From the NCBI GenBank assembly GCA_046309815.1, contig JBKCOJ010000005.1, forward strand, positions 97,404 through 161,403: 64,000 nt of DNA, in the 5' to 3' direction. The position numbers and the translations under genes are program-made. Numbering within the stretch: the stretch's first letter is position 1; each line of letters starts with the position of its first letter. Source of the DNA: Pseudomonadota bacterium (GTDB lineage Bacteria; Pseudomonadota; Alphaproteobacteria; Paracaedibacterales; CAITNM01). Under the pieces are notes generated by a model that did no database searches, was not told the origin of the DNA, and was given only the letters and a program-made list of their open reading frames with translations. This document shows, piece by piece, positions 47,900-57,098 of this stretch.

Positions 47900-49000
47900 T
47901 TAGACATTAAATCTAAAATGAAAAATATCACCATCTTGCACTAGATAATCTCTGCCTTCCTGGCGAAGTTTACCAATATTTTTTGCTCCTTGTTCACCAC
48001 CAGCATCAACATAATCCTGATAAGAAATCGTTTCAGCACAAATAAAACCACGTTCAAAATCAGTATGAATTACCCCTGCCGCCTGCGGTGCTTTAGCTCC
48101 TTTATGCACTGTCCATGCTCGAGCTTCTTTTGGACCAATCGTAAAAAAGGTCAATAAATCTAAAAGTCCATAACCAGCTTTAATAACCTGACGTAAACCC
48201 GTTTCTTTTAAACCTAGGGCCTGCAAAAATTCCTGCTGTTCTGCTGGATCATTAAGACTAGATACTTCTGCTTCAATAGCGGCAGAAATAATAACCGATG
48301 AATCTCCGCGGCTTTTTGCATATTCAATAACTTTTGCCGCGAAAGCATTACCAGTAGCAGCCTCTTGCTCGGAAACGTTGCACACATAAAGAATGGGTTT
48401 TGATGTTAAAAGCTGTAGCTGATCAAATGTACCCTTTTCTGTAGCATCTATTTTGGCAATCTTTGCTGGCTTGCCGTCTTGCAACAAAGGAAGAACCTTT
48501 TGAATAACGTCTAAATGCTCTTTTGCCTCCTTATCATTACCACGTGCTCGTTTCTCTAAATTAGGAATACGCTTTTCCAACGATTCAAGATCCGCTAATA
48601 ACAGCTCTGTTTCAATGGTTGTAAGATCACGAATCGGATCCACTGATCCATCTACATGGGTAATATCATCATCCTCAAAACAACGCAACACGTGCAAGAT
48701 CGCATCAACACTTCTAATATGCCCTAAGAACTGATTGCCAAGACCTTCACCCTTGCTAGCGCCACGCACAAGTCCGGCAATATCAACAAACTCCAATTGT
48801 GTTGCGATAATTTTTTGAGAATTTGCAAGCTTTGCCAAGATATCTAGGCGATCATCCGGCACCCCAACGCGGCCGACATTAGGCTCAATAGTACAAAATG
48901 GATAATTTGCAGCCTGTGCTGCAGCTGTTGCTGTGAGAGCATTAAATAAAGTTGATTTACCAACATTAGGAAGACCAACAATTCCGCAATTAAATCCCAT
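47900..49000 (-). CDS. ychF: Redox-regulated ATPase YchF (Obg-like)
   Basis: [23 protein letters not shown] with a C-terminal TGS-like [11 protein letters not shown]. The ATG at 49000 is preferred over the ORF-track start at 49069. Confidence 0.95.
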   Translation of the reverse strand: MGFNCGIVGLPNVGKSTLFNALTATAAAQAANYPFCTIEPNVGRVGVPDDRLDILAKLANSQKIIATQLEFVDIAGLVRGASKGEGLGNQFLGHIRSVDAILHVLRCFEDDDITHVDGSVDPIRDLTTIETELLLADLESLEKRIPNLEKRARGNDKEAKEHLDVIQKVLPLLQDGKPAKIAKIDATEKGTFDQLQLLTSKPILYVCNVSEQEAATGNAFAAKVIEYAKSRGDSSVIISAAIEAEVSSLNDPAEQQEFLQALGLKETGLRQVIKAGYGLLDLLTFFTIGPKEARAWTVHKGAKAPQAAGVIHTDFERGFICAETISYQDYVDAGGEQGAKNIGKLRQEGRDYLVQDGDIFHFRFNV

Positions 49001-49213
49001 TTTAATCTCTATATATTTTTGATGCTTAATGTGACGAATTTTGAACAAAATCGCAAGATCTCTAAACAAGAGTAACCAAAATTACTTTGTTAAATATTTA
49101 TTAACTTTTTAGAAAATACGCTGAAGATATTCTCGATTGCTCAGGTTTGGCAGCATGAAGATCCTATTGCTGGATTCACGTATGATCACCAATCTTTAAC
49201 TAAACTTGCAGAA

Positions 49214-50656
49214 ATGAGACCATCACAATGGGTTGATGCATTAGAAACAGAGCGCGACAAAGCAGATGCTGTAGGAGTTTTTGAAGCTTTCAAATATTAC
49301 ACCAAAGAAATATCTACAACCCTTGCAGGTAAATATGGTGAGGTAGAAATGTCTCCCGTAAAACTTGTTTATTCGGTTATACGTACGCGTCACAAATTTT
49401 CGGGCAAGCGTAATATGCTTACAGATTTTTATGGAGTAACTGAAACAGCAACTATTACTCCACAACAAACCACCATTTTAGTTGTTGATGCAATGATAGC
49501 AAAATCCATGAACAACGATGATGAGGCTTTTGATGCACAATGGGCAACTGTTAATGCAGAAAATCCACCTTCTTCAGAATTTATCGAAGCCCTTAAACAA
49601 TATGCACAAACATACGAACAGAAATCTTGGAATCCAACTTTAGCTGAGTCCTTAGAACAGTTTTTAGCAGCAAACCAATCAACAATAACCCTCACAAAAA
49701 AAATCTTTGATATTTTTGCACCTAAACTTACTTTGAATAAAATTTACGGAGAAATGGCCGTTGGCACTACCTACAAAGGATGGACCATACATGGTGCGAT
49801 TGCTTATCCTATAGTCCTTACAGCTGAAGAAAAATCAAACTATGGATGGCTAGAAGCCGCCCTTAATAAAAAAGTTTTTGAACTCATAGGCACAGGCATA
49901 CCTGTTGATACTTATTGTCGTTCTGCAATGGCAGATTTTGCTTCAGAAAGAATGATTTCTCAACTTGGCCTTATTCCCAACACAGTGATTCTATCATATA
50001 TATATGATCCAGCGACTTCAGAAATGACCGAAGCTCATGTTAGTAGTATGGGTATTTTACGTTTATTTTTCACAAGAGAAGCCGATCCCGAACTAGCAGA
50101 GATTTTAGGAAGACCTTTTGCTAAATCTTCCGAAAATGAAGTTAGCAAAATCTATACAATGACGATGAGAGAAGCAACTAAACGCAGACCTCAACAAGCA
50201 TCTTCTGAAGAAGTAACTTTCTTAAAAAATATTGGAAATCCTATAATGCTAAAACATATTTCAGCGTGGCATTTTCAAGCAAAACATAGATTTAAAGCAA
50301 GCATGCCAAAAGCAATAGAATTTTGCAGAGAAGCAGCTGATTTAGGCAATAAAGAAGCAGAACACAATCTTCCCATTATGCTTTATAAATATGCATCACA
50401 GCTTTATACTGGTAAATTCGTTATAAAAAACGAACAGCAAGGAATAAACTTTTGCGAAGAAGCAGTAATACTTGGGAATGCGGAGGCCAAAACCAACCTT
50501 CCAATCATGCTGTATAACTTTGCTGTAGCTCTTTTGCAAAAACAACCACAAACCGCTTCTTTAAAAGACCAAGCTATTGGATTACTCAGAAGAGCTGCCG
50601 ATTTAGGTCATGTTGGCTCTATCCAAATTATTTCTTCTTTGCCTAAAAATTCTTAA
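49214..50656 (+). CDS. Hypothetical protein with C-terminal Sel1-like (TPR-family) repeats
   Basis: About 340 aa with no recognisable domain, then repeats AIEFCREAADLGNKEAEHNLPIMLY / GINFCEEAVILGNAEAKTNLPIMLY / AIGLLRRAADLGHVGS. No obvious RBS. The frame stays open 40 codons upstream without a canonical start. Confidence 0.65.
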   Translation: MRPSQWVDALETERDKADAVGVFEAFKYYTKEISTTLAGKYGEVEMSPVKLVYSVIRTRHKFSGKRNMLTDFYGVTETATITPQQTTILVVDAMIAKSMNNDDEAFDAQWATVNAENPPSSEFIEALKQYAQTYEQKSWNPTLAESLEQFLAANQSTITLTKKIFDIFAPKLTLNKIYGEMAVGTTYKGWTIHGAIAYPIVLTAEEKSNYGWLEAALNKKVFELIGTGIPVDTYCRSAMADFASERMISQLGLIPNTVILSYIYDPATSEMTEAHVSSMGILRLFFTREADPELAEILGRPFAKSSENEVSKIYTMTMREATKRRPQQASSEEVTFLKNIGNPIMLKHISAWHFQAKHRFKASMPKAIEFCREAADLGNKEAEHNLPIMLYKYASQLYTGKFVIKNEQQGINFCEEAVILGNAEAKTNLPIMLYNFAVALLQKQPQTASLKDQAIGLLRRAADLGHVGSIQIISSLPKNS

Positions 50657-50753
50657 AAGCTTAATCTTTTAAAGTAGCCCCTCTATACGCAGGGCATTAC
50701 TTTAAAGCTATTCATCTAGACAACCTACTTATGAAAAGCTAATATTTCCTGTG

Positions 50754-50830
50754 GTTCCCGTAGCTCAGCAGGATAGAGCGCAAGATTCCTAATCTTGAGG
50801 CCATGGGTTCGAATCCCGTCGGGAACGCCA
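50754..50830 (+). tRNA. tRNA-Arg (anticodon CCT), CCA encoded
   Basis: 77 nt: GTTCCCG/CGGGAAC acceptor, CAAGA-TTCCTAA-TCTTG anticodon arm, GGTTCGAATCC T-loop. Confidence 0.95.
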
Positions 50831-50832
50831 TA

Positions 50833-52161
50833 ATGGAGGAATACTTGTATTCGATATCTGATGCTTTTCCATACATTACATTGATGCTTGCATTGGCATT
50901 GTGCCCTTTATTGCTTCCAAAAATTTGGCACACACTTGAAAAATACGTTCTAACGGCTATTGGAGTTTGGGCGCTTGTCGTCATGATTCAAACTGAAGGA
51001 ATGCATCAAGCCATTCGTAGCTTTAGCCATATGTTTATTCATGAATATATTGCATTTCTAGCTATATTATTTGCGTTGTTTATAGTGGCAGGCGGCATTC
51101 ATGTGCAACTCAACATATCTGATAGTCTAAAAAATAATATTTTAATTTTAAGTGCAGGTGCCATTCTAGCAAATTTTATAGGTACGACTGGCGCTTCAAT
51201 GGTTCTTATTCGTCCATTCCTAAAACTTAATCACAACCGCCCATATAAAACACATTTAGTTATTTTCTTTATTTTTATCATCGCAAATATTGGAGGTAGC
51301 TTGACCCCTCTCGGCGACCCTCCTCTTTTCATGGGATATCTTACTGGAGTTAATTTTTCATGGACACTATTGCATGGCTGGAAACCCTTTATTTTTGTAA
51401 TCACTGCTTGTTTATGCACTTTTGCCATTATCGATCGCACCAAAAATAAACACACTGTATCACAGCGCCACGATGTTGGAATTACTATCGATGGAAAAGG
51501 TAATTTTTTACTGATGATAGCTATTGTTATCGCTACACTTTTTGCCCCCACACTCAGTGACAATCCTATTTTCACAATTGTAGATACGCCCATTTGTATG
51601 CAAGATATTGTGCGTGATATCGGCTATATTTGCATCGGTTGCCTGTCATGGTGGTTAACACCCAAACATATTCATCAGCAGCAACACTTTAATTTTGAGC
51701 CACTAAAAGAAGTCGCTCGAGTTTTTCTTATAATCTTTTTAAGCCTAATCCCTATTTCCACCATGCTAAAATTGGGAGCCGATGGCCCATTCCATGCATT
51801 ATTTAATTTTGCACATAACCAAGGCGCACCTATTGATACTCGCTATTTTTGGGCAACAGGAATTCTATCGGCATTTTTAGACAATGCACCAACTTATTTG
51901 TTATTCTTCAAAATGGCAGGAGGAGACGCTAAAACATTAATGGCTCAAATGCCTTCTACTTTACTCGCCATATCTCTTGGATCCGTATACATGGGCGCTA
52001 TGAGCTATATTGGAAACGCACCCAATTTTATGGTTAGAAATATTGCAAAACAAAGTAACGTTGAAACACCAAGTTTCTTAGGGTACATGACTTGGGCATG
52101 CATCATTTTACTGCCTATCTTTTTTACCATAAGCTTCTTCTTGAAATATTTTAGCGAATAG
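50833..52161 (+). CDS. ArsB/NhaD-superfamily permease (annotated in relatives as sodium:proton antiporter / CitMHS-like)
   Basis: Polytopic; GGSLTPLGDPPLFMGYLTGVNFSWTL motif. The ATG at 50833 lies 2 nt after the tRNA CCA. The ORF-track start at 50803 is inside the tRNA and is rejected. Confidence 0.65.
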   Translation: MEEYLYSISDAFPYITLMLALALCPLLLPKIWHTLEKYVLTAIGVWALVVMIQTEGMHQAIRSFSHMFIHEYIAFLAILFALFIVAGGIHVQLNISDSLKNNILILSAGAILANFIGTTGASMVLIRPFLKLNHNRPYKTHLVIFFIFIIANIGGSLTPLGDPPLFMGYLTGVNFSWTLLHGWKPFIFVITACLCTFAIIDRTKNKHTVSQRHDVGITIDGKGNFLLMIAIVIATLFAPTLSDNPIFTIVDTPICMQDIVRDIGYICIGCLSWWLTPKHIHQQQHFNFEPLKEVARVFLIIFLSLIPISTMLKLGADGPFHALFNFAHNQGAPIDTRYFWATGILSAFLDNAPTYLLFFKMAGGDAKTLMAQMPSTLLAISLGSVYMGAMSYIGNAPNFMVRNIAKQSNVETPSFLGYMTWACIILLPIFFTISFFLKYFSE

Positions 52162-52164
52162 CAA

Positions 52165-52614
52165 CTAGTTCAAAGATAGCTTATCTAAAATCTGCAACAA
52201 ATTTTTGTGCTCAAGCGCAGACATTTCTTGAAAAAATTTTTGATCAATATCTTCAACAATAGGAATAATCTCCTCTAAGAGTTTCTTTCCTTTATTTGTA
52301 AGCGTTATTTTCTTTGCACGCACATCTTTATCATGCTCAGTTTTAATAACTAACCCTAAATCTACCAATTTTCTCAATGCCTTTGAAATTGTCATTTTAT
52401 CGAGCTTAGACCAATCAGCTATAAGCACCTGCTTTGCACTACAGTTATTCACCTCAAACCATAAGGCAAGCGCCATAATAACAAATTGAGAATGTGAAAT
52501 ACCATATACATCAAGAGCTTTTTTTATGTAGCGCTGCCATATTGTCGACGTTTGCCACAATAAAAATCCTGGACTATCTTTCGGCTTCTCAAAACCAAAG
52601 GGCAATTTTGCCAT
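52165..52614 (-). CDS. MarR-family transcriptional regulator
   Basis: GFLLWQTSTIWQRYIKKALDVYGISHSQFVIMALA... winged-helix pattern, 149 aa. Confidence 0.88.
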   Translation of the reverse strand: MAKLPFGFEKPKDSPGFLLWQTSTIWQRYIKKALDVYGISHSQFVIMALALWFEVNNCSAKQVLIADWSKLDKMTISKALRKLVDLGLVIKTEHDKDVRAKKITLTNKGKKLLEEIIPIVEDIDQKFFQEMSALEHKNLLQILDKLSLN

Positions 52615-52616
52615 GA

Positions 52617-53032
52617 TTATTTCCTTACCAATTTTACAAGAGCTTCCATTTCTTCTGGCACTGTTGCTGCAACATTTTTAGCCACCAACATAATCCACAG
52701 CCATTTCAATGGCCCAGTCACAACTAATTTATTGCTGAGCTCTATACCACCAGAGACTTCCTTTAAAGAGTGTGTATCATACATTTTTGCACCAAAGAAT
52801 TTGTGTAATCCGTAAAGCTTTGTTCCTTTTTCACTTCAGTGAGTACAATTTTAACGGGGCGAACAGCTTTAGGCTTTAAGAAAAAATGATTTCCAACCTT
52901 AAATTCACCTTCAAATTTGCAATAATCAAGATCTCCATGCCAGGTTGGCCAATTATTAATATCTGTCCAGATATGCCATATGTCTGTTTTATTGATATTT
53001 TTAAAAGTTTTCTTATAGGTTTTTACCCACAT
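52617..53032 (-). pseudogene. SRPBCC (START/polyketide-cyclase-like) protein gene with a 1-nt frameshift
   Basis: The N-part MWVKTYKK...KEQSFTDYT is in one frame. The C-part KFFGAKMYDTHSLKEVSGGIELSNKLVVTGPLKWLWIMLVAKNVAATVPEEMEALVKLVRK is in the adjacent frame and ends 2 nt before the marR start. The junction is at an AAA run (plus-strand ttt 52800-52802). Confidence 0.7.
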
Positions 53033-53167
53033 ACAACTTATTTTTCATATAGTAAACTTGTATATTGTATTCCTATTTACTAAACTTGCAACCCCTCTTA
53101 ATTAATTAGGGTTTCAAAATCAGCAAAAACCGTTTAAAAATATGGAATCAAATGAAAAAGTTTTAGT

Positions 53168-55957
53168 ATGACGAAGGATTATAAAGACACTGTTTTTCTA
53201 CCAAACACCTCCTTTTCCATGAAAGCTAATTTGGCAATTAGAGAAAAAGATTTTTTAGCATACTGGCAAAAAATTGATCTTTATAAAACTTTACGAGAGC
53301 AGTCAAAAGGCAAAAAAAAATTTATTTTACATTGGGGTCCACCTTATGCAAATGGTCACTTGCACTGCGGACACGCTTTTTCTTATATACTAAAGGACAT
53401 AGTCAATAAAAGCTATCAAATGGCTGGGTATGATGCGCCATTTGTTCCTGGCTGGGACTGTCATGGCTTACCTATTGAGCTGAAAGTTGAAGAACAATAT
53501 AAAGCTAAAGGGCAAAAAAAAGAAGATGTAAGCATTTTAGAATACATCGAGTCTTGTCGCGCTTACGCAACTAAGTGGATTAATACTCAATCTGAGGAAT
53601 TTCAACGCTTTGGCATAGTCGCTGATTGGAAAAATCCATACATTACAATGGATTTTAAGAGCGAAGCTCAAATTACAGCAGAAGTTGGAAAATTTCTAAT
53701 GAATGGAGGTCTGTATCGCGGACTAAAACCTGTCATGTGGTCAGTTGTTGAAAAAACAGCTTTAGCCGAAGCAGAAGTTGAATATCACAATCATACTAGC
53801 GATGCTATTTTTGTAGCTTTTCCAATTAAAAAAGCTTGCCACGAAATTTTACAAAATGCTTATGCTGTTATTTGGACCACAACACCTTGGACACTTCCTG
53901 GCAACAGAGCCATCGCTTATGGGAAAGAACACGCGTATTCAATTATTGAAGTGATAGAAGGCGCTGATCTAATACCCACTGGAATGAAACTATTACTTGC
54001 AAAAGATTTGGTTACTGAGGTAGTAACCACTTTAGGAATTGCAAATTATGGTATTGTTGGAAGCATAAACGGCGAACAATTAAATGGCATTATTTGTGAA
54101 CACCCGTGGCGCGGTAAGGGCTATGACTTTGATGTTCCATTGCTTCCAGGAGTGCATGTAACAACAGATGCAGGAACTGGTCTTGTACATACAGCACCAG
54201 GACACAGCATTGAAGATTTTGCCGTTGGTCAAGAATTTGGGCTAGAAGTTCCAGAAACTGTACAGCACGATGGTGTGTATTATGCACATGTTCCACTATT
54301 TGCTGGCAAACATATTTTTAAAGTTGGCCCAGACGTTTTAGAGGCTCTCAAAGAGGTAGGAGCTCTTCTTCATGCAAATAAACTTGTGCATAGTTACCCT
54401 CATTCTTGGCGATCAAAAACCCCATTAATTTATCGCGCGACATCTCAATGGTTTATCTCGATGGATAAAAATGATCTACGTAAAAAAGCCATGAATGAAA
54501 TTAACAAGGTTGAGTGGTTTCCTGCACAAGGGAAAAATCGTATTTCTGCTATGATCACCAATAGGCCTGATTGGTGTTTATCACGTCAACGCATGTGGGG
54601 GGTGCCAATTGCTGTATTTATTAACAAAGCTACAGGCGAAGTATTACGCGATGAAACTGTTCATCAACGCGTCGTTGATGCAATTGAAAAAGAAGGTATT
54701 GCGGCTTGGCATAAATATGATAACGCCTATTTCTTAGGCAGTTCCTATAATGCAGATAATTTTGAAAAAGTTCACGACATACTAGACGTCTGGTTTGATA
54801 GTGCGTGCACACATACTTTTGTTTTGGAAAATAATCCCAACATGCACTGGCCTGCCGACATGTATTTTGAAGGTTCTGATCAGCACCGTGGATGGTTCCA
54901 AACATCATTACTACAATCATGCGGAACACGTTCTCAAGCTCCATTTCGTCAAGTTCTAACACACGGATTTGTACTAGATGAAAGGGGCTACAAAATGTCC
55001 AAATCTCTTGGAAATGGCGTAGAGCCTCAACAAGTAATTAATTCTATGGGTGCCGACATGTTGCGATTATGGGCAGCAAGCTCTGACTATTCAGATGATG
55101 TGCGTATTGGAAAAGAAATTCTTAAACATCATGAAGATGTATACCGTCGTTTCCGCAATACATTACGGTATTTGCTTGGCGCACTTTCAGAATATTCTTA
55201 TCAAGAAATACCCTATGAAGAATTACCAGACCTTGAACAATGGGTATTACACCGCTTAAGCGAACTACAAAAAAGTCATCAAAAATTATTTAAAAATTAT
55301 GATTTTGCTGCATTCTACAGTGAACTTCATTCATTTTGCGCAACAGATTTATCTGCCTTTTATTTTGATATTCGCAAAGATAGCTTGTACTGCGATGCAT
55401 TAAATGCAAAAAAACGCTTGGCAACGTTATATGTTATGCACCACGTATTCTTACATTTATCGCACTGGCTTGCTCCAGTTTTAAGTTTTACGGCAGAAGA
55501 AGCATGGCAGGCTTACCATGGTGATGATTCCAGCAGTATTCACTTACAGATTTTTCCAGAGGCGTCCAGACAATGGGATAATCCTTCGCTTGCAGCGAAA
55601 TGGGAAGATTTGCGGAACATTCGAAAAGTTCTAACCGGTGCACTTGAATTAGAACGCGCAGCAAAAACCATAGGCTCTAGCTTGCAAGCAAATGTTATTA
55701 TGTACATCAATGCTGAATGGTCTGATCGCTTAGATGGCATTGATTGGGCAGAACTTGCTATTGCATCACAATTTCAAATAGTGCATGCACAGATACCAGC
55801 AACCGCATTTACTCTAGAAGAAGTAAGGGGAATAGGTGTTGCGGTTGAAATTGCAGAAGGACAAAAATGTTCTCGTTGCTGGAAGATACTCCCAGAAGTT
55901 GGCTCACAAAAAGAACCAGACTTATGCGTACGTTGTGATAAGGTTACCACATGCTAA
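53168..55957 (+). CDS. ileS: Isoleucine--tRNA ligase
   Basis: PPYANGHLHCGHAF (HIGH), KMSKSLGN, C-terminal Zn-finger CSRCW...CVRC; 929 aa. Confidence 0.97.
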   Translation: MTKDYKDTVFLPNTSFSMKANLAIREKDFLAYWQKIDLYKTLREQSKGKKKFILHWGPPYANGHLHCGHAFSYILKDIVNKSYQMAGYDAPFVPGWDCHGLPIELKVEEQYKAKGQKKEDVSILEYIESCRAYATKWINTQSEEFQRFGIVADWKNPYITMDFKSEAQITAEVGKFLMNGGLYRGLKPVMWSVVEKTALAEAEVEYHNHTSDAIFVAFPIKKACHEILQNAYAVIWTTTPWTLPGNRAIAYGKEHAYSIIEVIEGADLIPTGMKLLLAKDLVTEVVTTLGIANYGIVGSINGEQLNGIICEHPWRGKGYDFDVPLLPGVHVTTDAGTGLVHTAPGHSIEDFAVGQEFGLEVPETVQHDGVYYAHVPLFAGKHIFKVGPDVLEALKEVGALLHANKLVHSYPHSWRSKTPLIYRATSQWFISMDKNDLRKKAMNEINKVEWFPAQGKNRISAMITNRPDWCLSRQRMWGVPIAVFINKATGEVLRDETVHQRVVDAIEKEGIAAWHKYDNAYFLGSSYNADNFEKVHDILDVWFDSACTHTFVLENNPNMHWPADMYFEGSDQHRGWFQTSLLQSCGTRSQAPFRQVLTHGFVLDERGYKMSKSLGNGVEPQQVINSMGADMLRLWAASSDYSDDVRIGKEILKHHEDVYRRFRNTLRYLLGALSEYSYQEIPYEELPDLEQWVLHRLSELQKSHQKLFKNYDFAAFYSELHSFCATDLSAFYFDIRKDSLYCDALNAKKRLATLYVMHHVFLHLSHWLAPVLSFTAEEAWQAYHGDDSSSIHLQIFPEASRQWDNPSLAAKWEDLRNIRKVLTGALELERAAKTIGSSLQANVIMYINAEWSDRLDGIDWAELAIASQFQIVHAQIPATAFTLEEVRGIGVAVEIAEGQKCSRCWKILPEVGSQKEPDLCVRCDKVTTC

Positions 55958-56433
55958 CTTCAAATACTCTTTCAAAAGCAGGAAGCATTATTATTGGTGC
56001 TATTGTTCTTTTGTGCGATCAATTTTCAAAACTGTGGGCACTAAAAAATATTAGCAGCCATGATGTTTTGTCAATTTCCCCTCACTTAAATCTTATTTTG
56101 ACATTTAATCCTGGAGTTACTTTTGGCCTTTTACACGCACACTCAACTCTGCATTATATTATGTTAGTGCTAGGCGCATGTGTTCTTTTATGCATCGTTT
56201 GCAGTTGGTGGTGGAAAGCTGAAAATATTTTACAGCGCTATTCTACGAGCATTATTATTTTTGGCGCTATAGGAAATTTAGCTGATCGTATACGTTTTCG
56301 TGCTGTTGTTGATTTTATTGATTTTTATATTGCTGATTGGCATTGGTATACGTTCAATTTAGCTGATTCAGCAATCGTTTTGGGTGTAAGTCTTTTATTT
56401 TTAGACACCTTCCTCAATAATAAAACACATTAG
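55951..56433 (+). CDS. lspA: Lipoprotein signal peptidase II
   Basis: DQFSKLWA...GAIGNLADRIRFRAVVDFIDF...FNLADS. It overlaps ileS by 7 nt (classic ileS-lspA operon). Confidence 0.93.
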   Translation: MLTSNTLSKAGSIIIGAIVLLCDQFSKLWALKNISSHDVLSISPHLNLILTFNPGVTFGLLHAHSTLHYIMLVLGACVLLCIVCSWWWKAENILQRYSTSIIIFGAIGNLADRIRFRAVVDFIDFYIADWHWYTFNLADSAIVLGVSLLFLDTFLNNKTH

Positions 56434-57098
56434 GCCGACCAAATTCTAGAACTCAAACAAGCCAAAGCAGCAGTTTCTGCACGTAAGACATTTGAACCTA
56501 ATGATATTAAATTAGCGTATTTTTTTAATATTGATCGCTCTTGTGGCGACCAACCTCCCTCTGGACCAACAATAAATCCAGCTGGATATTTGATTTTCTC
56601 AATAGCTATACTCTCTCTTTCTAGAGCAACATACCAATTCACTTCTTTGGGCAATCCTTGCAAAAAATTTTGCAATTTTATTGGAGCATGTACTGCTGGG
56701 ACATCAAATCGCTCACATTGTTGAGCTGCTTCTATAACATTTTTCTCTAGCCGATGAATATTTAATCGATGTGTATTCGTGCGATCACAAACAATAGGCT
56801 GCAAATCAGTAACACCCAGCTCTGTTGCTTTTTCAATGAGAAAATTCATCGGATCATGCTTAAGAGGTGAAAAAGCTAGCCAACATACTTCTGTTTCAAG
56901 AGGTTTCCGTACTCGTGCAACACATTGATATTGGGCATTTTGGAAAATGATTTTCCACTCACCATCTTTCTCATTAAATCCCAAAAAACAATCATCTTGC
57001 TTAAAGCGTAAAACTCTCTCCAAATAATGTCGTTTATCTTTGTCCAACTCAACAATTTGTGCTTCTTTAAGATTCTGAGTAAGATATATCCTTGTCAT
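56430..57098 (-). CDS. rsmE: 16S rRNA (uracil1498-N3)-methyltransferase RsmE
   Basis: RHYLERVLRFKQDD N-terminus and C-terminal GPEGGWSPQE...LGSNVLRAETAA. Confidence 0.9.
   Translation of the reverse strand: MTRIYLTQNLKEAQIVELDKDKRHYLERVLRFKQDDCFLGFNEKDGEWKIIFQNAQYQCVARVRKPLETEVCWLAFSPLKHDPMNFLIEKATELGVTDLQPIVCDRTNTHRLNIHRLEKNVIEAAQQCERFDVPAVHAPIKLQNFLQGLPKEVNWYVALERESIAIEKIKYPAGFIVGPEGGWSPQERSILKKYANLISLGSNVLRAETAALACLSSRIWSA

Noticed and set aside
49155-49199. 14-codon mini-ORF MKILLLDSRMITNL resembling a response-regulator N-terminus
   Set aside because: It is far too short for homology to be meaningful, and it overlaps the open upstream frame of the Sel1 gene. It is noted only as a possible gene remnant.
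50739-50984. 81-aa minus-strand ORF, and the 50803 start of the plus-strand ORF
   Set aside because: Both run through the tRNA-Arg gene. The permease N-terminus conserved in homologues begins at the ATG at 50833.
49214-53032. Possible genomic island integrated at tRNA-Arg(CCT) (Sel1 protein, permease, MarR, decayed SRPBCC gene)
   Set aside because: I could find no integrase, no transposase and no direct repeat of the tRNA 3' end on either side. The composition does not look distinct by eye.
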